From the human T2T-CHM13v2.0 reference genome, Homo sapiens, in the NCBI RefSeq assembly GCF_009914755.1, contig NC_060931.1: DNA of 64,000 nt; one strand, 5' to 3'. A program made the position numbers and the translations under genes. Below, in pieces: positions 31,290-46,262 of this stretch; position 1 is the stretch's first letter, and each line of letters begins with the position of its first letter. The notes beneath the pieces are model-generated. The model was given only the letters and a program-made list of their open reading frames with translations. It was not told the origin of the DNA and ran no database searches.

Positions 31290-32840
31290 CAATTCTTATA
31301 AAAGCTTTACCCTATGACCCAATGATGCTACATTTGGAAGTACATCCAATGGCTATATCTACACATGCACAAAATGACTTATGTACAAGGTTCTCCACAG
31401 CTGCACTTTCTGGACTAGCAAAATACTGGAAGGAGTCCAAGCATCTACCAATAGAGCACTAATTAAATGAACTATGGTACATCTCCACAATGGATTACTA
31501 TGTAGCTGTAAGAAAAAAATAAGGACAATCTCTATAGAAAAATCTTTAGAAAATGTTAAGTGAAAATAGGAAAGTGCAGAACTTTTCTGTAAGTTCAAAG
31601 TTATATATTAAAAAATCATGTTTAATAGTAGTATACATAATGTGCTGCATTCACACAAAACAATAGAAAATAAGGCCTGATATTCAGTTTTTTTGGATTT
31701 GCATAAAATACTTGAAGGATATGCATGAAATTAATAAGAGTTATACAGGATGGAGACAAGGGAGGAAGACTTCTTACTGTGAACCTTTTAAATATCATTC
31801 AATCTTTGAACCACATAAATATATGATTACCTATTCAAAATGAAAAATTACATTTTAAAATGTCTTTAGCCAAATGAGTTAAAAACTTATGTCTACACAA
31901 AAGACTGCACACAAATATTTATAGCAGCTATGTTCATAACTGCCAAACTTTAGAATCAACTAAGATGTCCTTCAGTGGGTGAATGGATAAATAACCTGGT
32001 ATATCCAGAAAATGGAATATTGTTCAGTGATAAAAAGAAATGTGTCATCAAGCTTGGAAAAGACAGGAAGAAACCTTAAATGCACATTACTAAGTTTAAA
32101 AAAGCCAATCTGAAAAGGCTACACACTGAATGATTCCAACTATGTGACATTTTACGAAAGGCAAAAGTATGGACACAATAGGATCAGTGATTTCTGGGGG
32201 CTAGGGTGGGTGGGTGAATAGGTGGAGCACAGAACCTCTAGGACAGTAAAAGTATTCTCTATGATACTACAATGGCTTGTCATTATACATATAGGTATAC
32301 CCACAGGATATCCAACACAGAGTATAAACTATGAACTTTAGTTAATAATACTGTATCAGGCCGGGCTCGGTGGCTCACATCCATAATCCCAGCACTTTGG
32401 GAGGCCGAGGCGGGTGGATCACTTGAGGTCAGGAGTTCAAGACAGGCTGGCCAACATGATGAAACCCCGTTTCTACTAAAAATACAAAAATTAGCCAGGC
32501 ATGATGGTGGGCACCTGTAATCCCAGCTACTTGGGAGGCTGAAGCAAGAGCATCGCTTGAACCCGAGAGCTGGAGGTTGCAGTGAGCCAAGATTGTGCAA
32601 CTGCACTCTAGCCTGGGCGACAAAGCTAGACTCTGTCTCAAAAAACAAAATATATATATATATATATACTGTGTCAATATTGGCTCATCAGTTGTAGCGA
32701 ATGTACCACATTGATGCCAGACGTTACTAGCAGGGTAAACTAGAGGGCAGGGTAAGGGGCTGTTTGGGAACTCTCTGTGCCTTCTGTTCATTTTTCTGTA
32801 AACATAAAACTGCTCTAAAAATAGTCTATCAATTTAAAAT
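31290..32840 (+). mobile_element. Old L1 3' fragments (L1ME/L1MB-MC type), with AluS at 32359-32650
   Basis: gaatggataaataa..tggtatatcc, aagccaatctgaaaaggctaca, gaactctctgt motifs. Confidence 0.8.
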
Positions 32841-33644
32841 AGAAAAGAATGAAAGAGAATAAAAGAAAGGAAAAGTGAGCAGGGTGCCAGTTGGGAAGAG
32901 TTCTGAATGGCATACAAATCAGCTTGGACTCTCATCCTGTAAACAAAACGAAACACTTTTCAGCAAGGGAGTGGTAGAGCTATCTATGTTCTGGGAAGAA
33001 AATTCTGGTAACCCTGTAGGGAGAAGAACCCAGGAGAAAGAGACCCAGGGACAAATGAGAAGATTGTAGCAGAAAAGAGATGGACTCAGTCTGAACGAGT
33101 CAGGGGCAGCGGGGAGGAGATGGACAAACAAGAGAGGGGGCAGCGGGACTCAGTGACAGCTGTCCCTGTGCATTGGGGATGGGGGAAGTGAGGGTCGACG
33201 TTTCCCGTGGGCTTCTAGTATAAACTACGTGGCCGACAATGCATATGTTGTTACAGCAACATATATGAGCTGGGGGAAATGAATTTGCTTTCTTACCCGT
33301 GAGGTTATTTCACCTGCAGAATATGCAAGTGGGAACGCAAAGAGGCAGCTCAAAACACAGGTATGGAACTCAGAAGAGAGGTCAGAGCTGCCTTAGAGGC
33401 TAATTATGGTATATATCACACTATACTTATGTATGGAAGGGGACAGGATTTAACCTAAATATATCTGAGTAATCATATACCATAGGTTAACTAGCAAAAG
33501 GAATCTAGCCTCGTCCTTAAAATAATTGTAACCATGAGAGTAAAGTAAGAGTTATGTAGCCTATCCTCCAAAAAAGAAAACAAATTTTTTTGAAATATTT
33601 ATTTCAGACATGTTTATAAATGGCTTTGTGTGATTTTTGAAGTT

Positions 33645-33850
33645 AGTATGGCTACTTAACAAATTACCCCAAAATTTAGTGGTGTAAAACAACTTTTTTA
33701 ATGCTCATGGATTTGAACAGCAAACAGCAGGGATAATGTGTCTCCACTCCAGTGTCTGGGGCCTGGAATCATCTGAGAGACAGAGGAACGAGAGAGAGAG
33801 AGAGGAACCAGAGACACACAGAGAGAGAGAGAGACAGAGAGAGAGAGACC

Positions 33851-33912
<62 letters not shown>

Positions 33913-34125
33913 CTGTATCCTTTTATGGCCCAGCCCTGGAAGTCACATAGCATCACTTCCACCATGCTCCACCGGTCAGAGCAATCACAAGCCCTCAAAG
34001 ATTCACAGTGAGAGTGAAGGGCATAGACTCACCTTTCCCTCTTCGTGGAAGGAGTGCCCTTCACACTGGAAGAAGGGCACTTGGGATGGGATTTGGTGCA
34101 GCCACCTTTGAGAACTTAAATCTGC
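33645..34125 (-). mobile_element. MLT1-type LTR containing a (GA)n microsatellite (33775-33910)
   Basis: taacaaattaccccaaaatttagtgg..taaaacaac; cagccctggaagtcacatagcatcacttcc. Confidence 0.75.
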
Positions 34126-34880
34126 CCATGTAAAAATCAAAGATTATTTTAGTTTGTATGTCTTTTGGGAAAAAAAGATAGAAACGTTCAGGGAGGACAG
34201 ACAAGGAAGGTCAGTAACAACTCAAATCAGCAAACTTTATCTACACAGAGTCCACTCTGTTCCAGGAAAAGAGAGAAACATTTGGACCCAAATAACATGG
34301 ACATTCACTCATTGATGAATACCCATTTAAAACCTAACATGCTCACCAGGGAACCTAGCACTCTTCTTCACCTATACGAAAGGAAAATCCCACTAAAGTT
34401 GCAAGGGCTTTTATTAAGTTAGTGGCTCAGTAAGAGAGGAAAGTGGGTCTGGTGAAAGCCCAGTAGGAGACAGTCTGCCACCAGACCATCCAGACAGCCC
34501 ATGTGAAGCCCTGCCCAGCTGCCTGTTCATTTCAGTGCCTTTGTTAAATTCATGTAAAGTAAGCAGCCCCTCATAGAGTTCTGTTGCTCTTTGGTGCTGA
34601 TTACTGCTTTTAAAGAACTGAAACAGAGCCAGTGATTTAAGATTTAGATATGAAAATAAAATACACATTGGATGTAATGGAAGAATTTAAGAAAAAAAAA
34701 AGAAAATACAAATTGATGAATGCCTATTTGAAACCAAGCACAATCATCAGAAAAATCAGTTTATTTTGTGAAGCACAGAGCACCAAAGAATAGAGGTTAT
34801 GTAGTGAAAAGAGCTTCTTCATTTACTAGCCCTAATTTATTTTCTCCAGATTTTTCATCCTTTAACAAACTACCATCTAA

Positions 34881-34912
<32 letters not shown>

Positions 34913-34919
34913 ACAGGTA

Positions 34920-36415
34920 AATACACTTATAAACAAAACATAACCAAGAAGGTTATGCCCTGAATGCAAAGATGGTTCAATTTATCACATAAATAAGTGA
35001 TTATCTCCATAATTACTGAAAAGATACTTAACAAAATTTAATATCTATTCTTGAGTTGTTGTTTTTAGAAATACTCAAAATAGAAATTCATGTATACTTT
35101 TTTTTTTTTTTTTTTAAAGAGATGGGGTCTCACCATGTTGTCCAGGCTGGTCTCAACTTCCTGGGCTCACGTGATCCTCTCACCTCAGCCTCCAGGGTAG
35201 CTGGGACTACAGGCATGTGTCACTGTACCTGACTGATGTATACTTTTTATCATAAGCCAGGTGCAGTGGCACATAAAACTATATAAATCTCAATCCCAAA
35301 ACCAGCAGCTTACTTAATAGGGAAGCACTAGAGACAGCCCCACTCAGGTCAGGTGCAGAGCCAAGGACACCCACTATCTCCACTACTACTTAACATAAAA
35401 CCCGAGCTATAAGCCAAAGCAATCAAACAAGAAAACAATTAAAGACAGAACAACAACTAAACAATCTCTATGTGCAAGTGATATAAAAATATACCTGAAA
35501 ACCCCAAGAAAAGCAATGATAAAAGCTGACACAACCAATAAAAGAATTTAGTAAAATGGCAGAAAGTATAATTAACATAAAATAGCCATCGTGAAAGTTT
35601 GACAACACATTCTGGGAATATGAAGAAATGGGCATTGTCATACAGTGCTGATGGGAATGCAAAACGGTACACCACCTATGGAAGGAAATTTGATAATATT
35701 TAATAAAATTACATTTTTATTTACCTTGTGACCCAGCAATTTCATTTCTAGGCATCTATCCCAAAGAAATACTGACAAAAATAGTATTTTTAAAAGATTT
35801 GAAATAAGAATTAATGGATAATGTTTTATTATGATAAAAATATATAAACTGAGACCAGACACTATGACAGATGCATAAGGCTGTTATCCACTTCAGTGCT
35901 GTTTGTAATAGCAATAGACTGAAAACAATCCAAATGTCCAGCAGTAATATGGGGCTGGTTAACTATGATACATCCATAGAATGAAACACCATGCAGCTCT
36001 AAATGAGGAATTATGACCTGCATGTACCGTAGGGAGTGATCTCCAGAATATGTTTTGAGTTGAAAAATACAAAGTAGAGATTCAACCTGAGAAAGCTGAT
36101 TGAAGAAAATAAAAAAATAAAAATGAAAAAAAATGCAAAGTAGAGAAAAGTATATATGGCATGCTGCTGTTAATCGAAGAAAGGAGGAAAGGGACCAGGA
36201 TGAATATGCACATGTGTGTGTGATTTGTTACATATATATGTGTAATTTTGCAAATGGAAGGATAAACCAAGATCTTCCAAAACATGATTACCTATAGGGG
36301 AAAAGATCATGGAGTAAAGGGGACAAGGATACAAGTTAGACTTCTATGAATAAATCTTGTTTTTTAGATTTGATTTCAGAACTATGTACATATTTCACTT
36401 AATTATAAAACAATG
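34920..36415 (+). mobile_element. Degraded L1ME-type ORF2/3' fragments, with an Alu monomer at ~35098-35235
   Basis: gaatgcaaagatggttcaa, gacccagcaatttcatttctagg, caaatgtcca motifs. Confidence 0.7.
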
Positions 36416-36614
36416 GCCATAGCAGTGAGCATAGAGCTCTCCCATGACCTTGTTTTCAAGGCTATGAGCAAACCTGCATGGAAACAGGAATCAGCAGAAC
36501 TGACATGATAGCTCTGACTTGTGAGCAAGCTTCCAAGCAAGAAGTTAGGGTTGTGCTAGCGGCAAAGCCAGAGAAAAGAGAGTGTGACTCGCGAGACTGC
36601 AATGCACGGCTTAC

Positions 36615-36773
36615 CTCAACCTTGCTCTCCGGTTCGTGATCAGCAGCCGAGAAATACACAACCTCTTGCACTTCATCTCTGGGCCGGGCTGAATTTTTCC
36701 CAAATACCACCAGACCATCCTTAGCACGTGGAGGGAAGGCAACAAAACAGTAACTTGGAGGAGCTGCAGCCAT
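36615..36773 (-). CDS. SCRN1: Secernin-1, first coding exon (exon 2; exon starts 36774), aa 1-53 MAAAPPSYCF...EPESKVE
   Basis: Translation matches recalled human secernin-1 N-terminus; acceptor tttcag|G-ATG at 36775/36774; donor GAG|gtaagc at 36615/36614; 159 nt, phase 0. Confidence 0.98.
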
Positions 36774-37199
36774 CCTGAAAAGAGAATGCCAGCAAGAGTG
36801 GAAGCAGGCCTCACATGGAACACTCCAACAGTGAGTTCTTCAAACATATTTCACCAGCTAAAAGGGTTTTACTATTGAACTGTGCACAGCTAGCTCATTA
36901 AGAGATCCCAGCTGGCAAATGAAGGTGGGACGCCTGCAGTGGAATGACAGAGCCACCGAGACCAGATATTGTTTAATACTCTGTGGGATTAAATGAGCTC
37001 AGATTTGCAACAAACCACAGCGGCAGCCAAAAGTGCAGTGATGTGGGAGAAAGGAAAGGAGGTTATTGTTCTAGGCAGAAGACACAGACACACACCACAC
37101 ATACACACACTGCAATCTGTTCACAGTAATAAAATAATAAATAAACATACCTTAAAACTAACTACACAAATGCCTCAGATCCAGAAATGCATAGCCACC

Positions 37200-38390
37200 A
37201 CATAACAGATTTGGGGTGTGATGAGGAAATGGGTCTACAGATCAATTGACAGATACCCTGCTTTGTTGTTTTTAGTAGTTTTACTCCACCTCGATGACAT
37301 AACACTCAAACACCTTTTGGTTTTCCGTCCACCTCCCCAGCTGCTCCTGGACTGGCTTGTTCTACCTGGCCAGTGCACATCCTCACTGCTTCATCCTTCT
37401 TTCCTCATTTAATGATCTTTTCTATCTGGGAAAATGCATCCATGCTCAGAGTTTCCCTTGTCAGTTACATGCTGATGACTTACACATTTAATTCCAGCTG
37501 GGTTCTCACCTTAAGCCTCTGACCCACAGACCCAGCTGCCTGCCTGATATCCGAAGCTGATTTCATCTTCTTCCCTTTTCAAGGTTCTTTATCTTGGTAG
37601 CCAAGGTAACCATCCTTGCCATTTGCTTCTCCATTATCTAATATATCACCAAGTCCTGTACATTCCATCTCCTAAATCTCTATGGAAACCTCCCACTCCT
37701 CTCCACCTCCACTGCCACCACCCTGCACCAAGCCACCACCATCTCCAGCCTGGACCACTACAATAACTTCCGGAGGGGTTGCTCCAAAACCTCTATCACT
37801 CCCCACTCCAAAACATTCTCTGCATTGCAGCCAAAGTGATCCTTTTAGAAGGAAGATTTGATCACACCATTCCTGCTTAAAATACTTCAGCAGTTTCCCA
37901 AGGCTCTTGGAATAAAGACCAAAATATGATCAAGTTTGTTTCCCCTTCCCAGCCCCATCTTCTACCACTCACCCCTCCACTCTCACAATGCCGGCACACA
38001 GGCCTTTTTCTAGCTCCTCCAGTGCCTGCCAGACCTCTGCACATGCTCCATCCTTTGTCCTCACCACTCCCTTCCCTGCTTCCTGTACCAAAACAATCTG
38101 CCTGGTTAACTCCTCCTCTTTCATGTACCAGCTCAAATATCACTCTAGTACTCTAATGTGTGTTGCTGTACTATACACTCTCATAGAATCCTGTCCTTTT
38201 CCTTCAAAGTAATTATCATAATCTGAAATACTTGTTTGATTATTTTATTACCAACAATCATTATTTAGTCTCTCCCAGCAAAATCTAAGCAATATGAAAG
38301 CAAGGACCTTTCCCTTTTGCACACTGCTGTAACCGCAGCCGTACACTATGTCTTATGCAGAGTAGATTTTAAATGAGTGATAAACAAGGG
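37200..38390. mobile_element. L2 fragments
   Basis: Pyrimidine-rich ctccacctccactgccaccaccctg..ccaagccaccaccatctc..gcagccaaagtgatcctttt. Confidence 0.7.
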
Positions 38391-39056
38391 TTCTTTTCTT
38401 GTTTATTAATAGTCCACCATACTGAAGCTGACTCTCTAATATCTCTCTTTTCTCCCGCCATGCCTCTGCACCTGGCTTGAATGCCCTGCCCTTAGTCTTT
38501 GTACATATCCTTCAGGATCTGATTCAAAACCCTTTCTTTCATAAAGACTTCTATAAAGGACTCTCATTTATTCACCACCCACAGGTACTAATACATCCAT
38601 TTTGTTATAAAATAATGTACATATGTTGCTTGTATATTTCTTTACCTGTTTCAAAGAAAGCTCCCTGAAGGCAGGACTGATGCCATCCAACCATAGTAGC
38701 CCTTTCCCCAACCCCTGGCATTACAGGCACTCAAGAAACATTATCTAGTGTACCAACTATTGTATTTGTGTCATCAATTATCCAACTTCCATGTGTTTTA
38801 TTTTACAAGTCTGAAATATAAGTGAGAAGTACAGCAATCTTTTCAGAAAAGCACAAGAATGGGATTCAAAACTCAGCTCCACCACCTACTAGCTGTGTGA
38901 CCTGCTTAAGTCACTTTACCTCTCTGAGCCTAGGTTTCCCTCTTGCAAATGTTTTGCCACAGCCCACAGGTTTATCAGAGTATCAAATAAAATGATCCTT
39001 GAGAACATGTTTTGCAAACTGTGGAGGATGCATAAGTATAGGATACTTTATTTGCT

Positions 39057-39357
39057 GGCTGGGTGTGGTGGCTCATGCCTGTAATCCCAGCACTTTGGGA
39101 GGCCAAGGCAGGCAGATCACTTGAGCCTGGAAGTTTGAGACCAGCCTGGACAACATGGAGAGACCCTGTTTCCACAAAAAATACAAAAACTAGCCGGGTG
39201 TGGTGACATGCACCTGTAGTCCCAGCTACTTGGGAGGCTGAGGAGGGAGGATCATTTGAGCCCGGAGAGGCTGAGGCTGCAGTGAGCCGAGATCACGCCA
39301 CTGCACTCTCAGCCTGGGCAAAGAGTGAGACCCTGTCTCAAAAAAAAAAAAAAAAAA
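39057..39357 (+). mobile_element. AluJb within MIR
   Basis: gagccc..gaggctgaggctgcagtgagcc; TSD actttatttg. Confidence 0.92.
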
Positions 39358-40477
39358 CTTTATTTGGGTTTTGACTGTTAAAATAGAGCAATATCTAAAA
39401 TTTTCTATTAAGCAAACCAATCAAAATCTACTTGCCTCATTCCTAATTAGAGCAGTTACCAAATTGCAGAGTCATCAATATTCTATGTTTAGAAACCTCT
39501 TTGTATGGGACTGTATTGCTATTTCTATATCCAATCTACTTCAGGTTAATTTCTACATGCACACTCAGAGTTCTTCCCTGCATTGTTTATGGCAGGCCCC
39601 TCCCCAGAGTGCAGAGAAATGGAGGAGCCCCCACAATTCTGAAAATAATTCCCTTCTAGCTCAGTAGAACATCACCCCTTCCCTCTGGGAAGAAAAGCCA
39701 GAAAGATAAAGAGGCTCCAGTTCTTTCTCCCCTTAACCTTTCCCATTTTCACAAAAACGGCTTTATCTTCAGACTGGAGGAGTAGAGAGAGATAAACAAA
39801 GAATGTGTATGCACAAGAAAGACCTAGAATAATTATGAAATCAAATGCCTTTATAGAGTGCTACTAGAATCTGGGCATCGGGGGAATTGCTGGAGACAAA
39901 TAAAGTGAAACAGACCCAGAGGAAGATAAGATGGGGAAAGGATGCATTTATCTTGTGTGATGCCTCGAGTATCTCATATGCTCCCTCTCTCCCCATCACT
40001 GGGCCATTTCAAAAGAGCTAGTGTCTTGCCTAGGAGCAGAACCTTACTTTATTTGATCCTTAAAAATGGTAGAAATCCACCAATTTTGCATTTATGAGAT
40101 TTATCTATAGAATATAAATAAAACCCATGGGGTTTTGGGCAAGCACCTATTGTTTGGCCAAGGCACCTGCTTAGTCAGCAAATAATCTGGGTCGCATGAT
40201 CATGATGAGGATATAGGCAACAGAAGCCCAGGGGTATGTGGGCCAAGGGAGGCTGGCTTTTCCACTAAATTTTGTGAATGACTGGGAATGCCAGCAGGGA
40301 GCAGAATTTCAAAGTCTGTTTTAAGAATTAAAAAGCTAGATGAACCAGCAAAGTGTGCATCAGACCTAGGAGCAAACTAGCCCAGGCTAACAGTCCATTA
40401 ATTTTTCCTGAATCACCATGTGTGCACTGACTAGCTTCAGAGATGACTTTTCTGAAAAGAAAATTTTCTGTAGAAAA

Positions 40478-40672
40478 TTCCAAAAGAATTTTCTACAATG
40501 ATGGAAATGTTGTATGTCCACCATTCAATATGGTGACCACTAGCCTCAGGCAGCTATTGAAGTGTAGTTAGACTGATGAAGGAGCACAGTTTTCCATTTT
40601 ATTCAAAACGTAAATTAATTTTCATTTAAATAGCCACATGTAGCTAGTAGAAACTCCATTGGACGGGACAGT
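40478..40672. mobile_element. MER3 hAT fossil
   Basis: aatgatggaaatgtt...aatatggt..ccactagc...taaatagccacatgtagctagt..ccattggac. Confidence 0.75.
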
Positions 40673-42359
40673 GACACAGAGTCCCAAAGAAACCCAGAAA
40701 TGAAGATTTTCATATTAAGGCTTCCAGTGATCTCAGAAGTTCTTGTTTGTGAAGTCCTCTTATTCTAAGGACAAAATGTGCTATCATCCATATAAACTGA
40801 ATTAGCAAAGAGGAGGTGGGACACTTCCGGAAGACTGAAGAAAACAAACTTTAGGAAGCAGCTACAAAACTCACCAGGCTGACTTAGATTACATAAGTTA
40901 AAGGTAATCATAGCTGTAGATGCCAATTACACTTCTCTTGGTGCGAATCTCATATCCTGACTCTGAAAACACCATGAGAGTGGCCCTCATTACTATCTGG
41001 GAATCCTTTGTGTACTTGTCTGGCCAATTCCTCTATTTCCTAAATGAATTTTTGACACCTTCACTTTTCTTCAAATCTCCAACCACCTCCTCTAAGCAGA
41101 GGTCTCACTTTCTATTCCACAAAAGACAGGTGAATGGAGGGAGAATGTTTCAGAGAAAGGACATGCAGGCCTGAAGGCCCTGCAACTGGAGAAAAGGAAC
41201 GGAGCCAAGAAATTAAAAAGCTGATGCAACTGAGGACAGGGAAAGTAGGGTAGAGGCCTGGAGAGGTGGGTATATGATGGGCAGGTCCACACTGAGCCTT
41301 GAAGGTCACATCAAGTACTTTAGTGTCTATTTCACAACACACAGTAAAGCACTGAAGGCTTTTAAGTCAGGTTTTAGGTTGAAAATTGCATACAGACAAT
41401 ATCAAAGAAGTTGCCTGTGATAGGAAGGAAACCACAAAGCAGACAGAAATGATGAAAATAGAATAAGTAATTTCATTTCTATCTACGTATCCTAAGGAAA
41501 CAATCAGGAATATGGGCAAGGGGTATGCATAAGTGTTCACGTAGTGGTATTCATACAGGCGAAAAACTGAAACTTACTTGTCCAGCATCAGAGAACTGGC
41601 TGAAAATGTCTGCTACATCTATCGGGTAGAATACTATAAACCCATTAAATATATGTTTGTGAAGAGTTTTTAATTGCATGAAGAAATGATTTGAGGGGCA
41701 AGATAAATTATCTTATTTAAAATATAGATAGAAAAAGACTATGCCCAAATACTTGCCCAGGAAATGTATTCAAAATATTAACAGTGGGAGCCCAGCAATG
41801 AAATATTCTTTGTTTTTTCATCTTTTCCTCTAATTTCCAACTTTCCTATAAGTATTTTTACTGATATAATCCCAGAAATGATTTTTAAAGTAAACCCAGG
41901 AGAGAATAGCAATTTAGGAATTTAATTTTAAAGAAAAATTTTAGTTCTGCATCTATATCCTAATACATCTGAAATTTCAAAAGTGGCAAATTCTTATATG
42001 AGTTATAGCTAGGATGAATTTTTTTATTTGGCATTGTTCTCTGATACTTTCTTTTACCTTTTTTACACCTGCCCAATTCAGAGTTGCTCAGAGAGCACAC
42101 AATGTTTCATTACTATGTTTCACACAAATAGTGAGTTGGCCTCCTACAGTTGTCCACATGGGAAAAGAAAAACTGGCCAGTCTGGAAGCCAGAGCTCTCA
42201 TGAACCTGAGACGAAACCCTTCGGAAAGTGATTCAAAGGAACTCAATTCTCTTCCTATTATCTGTCAAAATATTGGGTAACATACCAGACATTCACACTA
42301 AAATGAAAAAAAACTGACAAGTTACATCATTTATATATTACATAAAACATGCATTTTAA

Positions 42360-42688
<329 letters not shown>

Positions 42689-43864
42689 TACATGATTCTT
42701 AAAAACTGTTAAATTATTCATGCATGACACAAGAAACTGGCTTTAAGATTTTTCTCCTTTTCCTTTATAATCTCATACAACGTTATGAAATGTATATTCT
42801 CCTTCACAAAGAAAAAGAAAAAAAGAACCTAAAATTCAATTAACTCTCAATCACATACACGAATATAAAAACTTAGAACATGAGAAAACTTATTTATATT
42901 CAGCTTTGAAAAGTAGAATATAAGCATTTGATGATGGGGTTTTCCATCATAACTACATTCTACTTAAACGGGTGTTAAAATCAGTGAACAGAGTTTGTCC
43001 AGAAATAAAGCTATAATTGATGGCTTTTTAAAAAACTTCCTTGTTTGAGGCATAATTCTGAAGCTGCTTTCTGAGCCGTGGGGACCCAGAAATGGCGGTG
43101 GGGCTTCAGTGTTACACTATAGGCCTGAAACTGGATGTGGGTGTATCCAAAACAGTGTTTTCCTAACTGTATGTTGTGGCCTTTTTGTGGTTTATGAAAT
43201 CAATTTAGTGGATAGGAACAAGTTTTTTCAGAAAAGCATTTTTAGAAAGCATGTATGCATCTCATACAGTAAGGGTAAGTACTAATGCCAGAAACTCTAA
43301 TTTTAAGTTTAGGTCCATACACATGCACATATAAGCGTCTATAGGTACTATGTTGAGATGTAACATTTCTTACTGTGAGTCTTAAGGAAAAAACTTAAAA
43401 GCAACAGGCTAAAAGGGCAGGTCTGCTGAATAAGGCTTCTTTGTGGCAAATACCCATTAGGATTCTTGCCAGGTTAGCAATACACTGACAGTTCTAATTA
43501 ATGAAACACTCTAATTTAACTCCCATAGATGGGTAAGCTGACAAGCATTTCCTAAGAAGTCCTTGTTAAGAGTATTTTAAAGTGCATTTATCTGTAGTTT
43601 GTACTATACATTTATGTTCTCTGTATTTTCCAACTGATTAGTTTAATGTTGCATGCTATTGGAGGAGAGGAGACATTAAAGACTGGAGTTTAGGATAAGG
43701 ATGGAAGTTGTAAATGTAAAGGTATCATGTAGCTGGTACATTTTTGTGGTAGAGAAAAGAAGTCAGATTATTCACGTTGGCAGAGTATAAAAAAATATCT
43801 GCTACTTTTTCTCCTTGTCCCCCCTCCAATCAGCTCTCAGTGCGAGCCACCAGTTTTCCTTCAG

Positions 43865-44368
43865 ACCAACGCTGTCCAGGAGCATTTTCTGAGATGATAG
43901 AAATAGTCTCTATCTGCACCATCCAATACAGTAGCCACCAGCCGGATGGGCTATCTGGTACTTGAAATGTGGCTAGTTCAACGAAGGAACCAAATTTTTA
44001 ATTAATTTCAAGTTAAACAGCCAATATTAGGCTAAGTGATATAAGCCAGTCACGAAAAAACTTACATAAGGCATCTAGAATAGTAAAACTCATAGAAATA
44101 GAAAGTAGAATGGTGGTTGCCAAGGGCTGGGCAGAAGGGAATAAGTTGTTTACAATCTGCGTACAGATTTCAGTTTTGCAAGATGAAAAGGCTCTGGAGA
44201 TCAGTTGTGCAACAATATGGATGTCCTTAACACTTCTGAACTCTACAGTTAAAAATGGTTAGGATGGTAAATTTTATGCTATGTGCGTTTCACCACAATT
44301 AGAAGTAAAAATTAGAAAATTAAAGAGCCACATGTGGCCAGAGGCTACCATATTAGACCATCCAGCTT
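43865..44368. mobile_element. MER3 interrupted by an L1MA/MB 3' end (~44024-44316, +)
   Basis: MER3 halves flank the L1 tail (gaaagtagaatggtggttgcc...aaaatggttaggatggtaaatttt); imperfect TSD aa.ttaaa.agcca. Confidence 0.8.
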
Positions 44369-45879
44369 TAGCTACTGTGCCATTGGCTATGATAAAGCAT
44401 CCCTAAGCTTAGTTTCTAACCACCACTGTCCTCCTTATCAAACTTCTTTCAGGATTCATGACTTCCTCTTGGGAACAAGATAGTAGTGCTTCCCTGGAGT
44501 TTACTGCAAAGGAGCTGCATGTACCAGCATTCATCCTCTGACTGGTGGCAGGAGGCCCAAGTTCAGGCTTGAGGGACTGGAGTACTGTACTCTCGTAACT
44601 AGGAGACCACATACAGAATGTGTAGCTGAGGAGGGAGGAAGCTGTGTGGGAGAAAAGGTCTTTGTCCTCAAGTTCAGTGAGTAGTTATTGAAGGCGTGAA
44701 TGCTCTGAGCCAAGGCAAGGTTTTTTTCTGCATGACTGCCAGACTGCCCTGCACCTTTATCTCAATGATGCACACAGTATCCCTCATCAGTTACCTTACC
44801 CATTGAAAAGAAAGCCTTGACTGCCTAAGAGAAAGAAAATAACTGTCTATATAAGCTATCGGTTTATTAAGCGTCTTGCAAGTACCGATGACCAACTGCC
44901 TTTACTTACGTAAAGAATGAAACCCAAATGTCCAGCTAGACTTCCCTATTCTCCACACTACCAGCTTTATTGAGCAGACTGAATACATTTAAATTCAATG
45001 ACTGTGAATTACCACCTTCCAGAAAAGCAAAGGAGAAATTATTATACTCTTCATTAATAAATTCATTTTTAAATGATTGCCATTCCTGCTTAACTGAAAA
45101 CAGGACAAATGATACTCATTTACAAATTGATTTTTTCTGTTTTAAACCTTCTATTGAAATAGGAATAAATGAAGTGTTTGGGAAAGGAATTAGCTAATTA
45201 AAAATTGGGATGTAAATGCCAGCTGATGAAAGTCATCTATATAAATTAGCTCAGACTCATCAAGCTCTGCCCAAAAGAAAGATTTTACTAAGTGTTTCAT
45301 TGAAAGCTCATGAGAGTAGAGCATAAAGCTTTGGGACTCCACAGCCAGTGAATTCCAGCTCCTAATATTCAATGCCTTGAATGAGGAACCAAGTAATGGA
45401 AGAATAACTGTATGGGCTATTAAGTGAGTAAGCAGGCTTTGAAGCCCACCTGGGTTCAAATCTCAGCCCTGTCACTTCTCCAAGCTTTTATAAAAAAGGG
45501 ATAATGATAGGTAGTTCATTCTTCCCAGGGTTGCAGTGAGATTTAAATGAGATAATGCTTATACCTACTTACAAAGTGCTCAGAATACCATTTGGGACAC
45601 AGCAAGGACTCAATTATTGTGAGAACAAGAGAAGGATACGTGATGAAAGCGGTCCCTTTGTCAAAGCCTATCTGTTCAGACTTCAGAAACTTTCCTTGAA
45701 GTGTCTAAATGCTCTTTCACCTTTTGAAGATTTGCTTCATTGTCACTTCATGTCTTTTAAGAGCTGCTTAACAGTCTCTTTCTCCAATTTCAAAGGCAAT
45801 ATCTACTTCTGACAGTTAACTCTGTGGTCTTCAGTGCCAGTCTGCAGCTGACATACTTCCCAGCAGCGTGGTGTGGAAC

Positions 45880-46262
45880 AGGGGTGACAGACTGCAGATT
45901 TGGTTGGTTTGGCCCAGAGTGCTGCATTAGATTGTGTTTTTAGAAATCTGAATTAGCAGCTAATATTTTAAGATCCAGAGATTTCCTATGGACACTCAAA
46001 TATTTGGCTTCTGCTAAAAACTCAAAGATCTGGCAACACCAAATCCACATTCCCGCATGATGGCAAGACTGGAGTTGGGTAGTGGCTCCTCTCAACAGGG
46101 CCTGTATTTCCTATTGTCCCCTCCACTCTCTGACACGGAGGCCAATGAAAGCGCCACCTCTCCTCACCTTTGTGTAATTGCACTCACTGATACCGCCTGC
46201 CTAGCCCTGCAGCCCCATGTGTATAGGTACAAGAGAATGACACACTTTAGAGACACCAGGCC
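45880..46262. mobile_element. MER102-like hAT fossil
   Basis: caggggtg...aagatctggcaacac...acattcccgcatg. Confidence 0.5.

Noticed and set aside
33705-34111. RE/SL-rich ORFs
   Set aside because: (GA)n microsatellite translation
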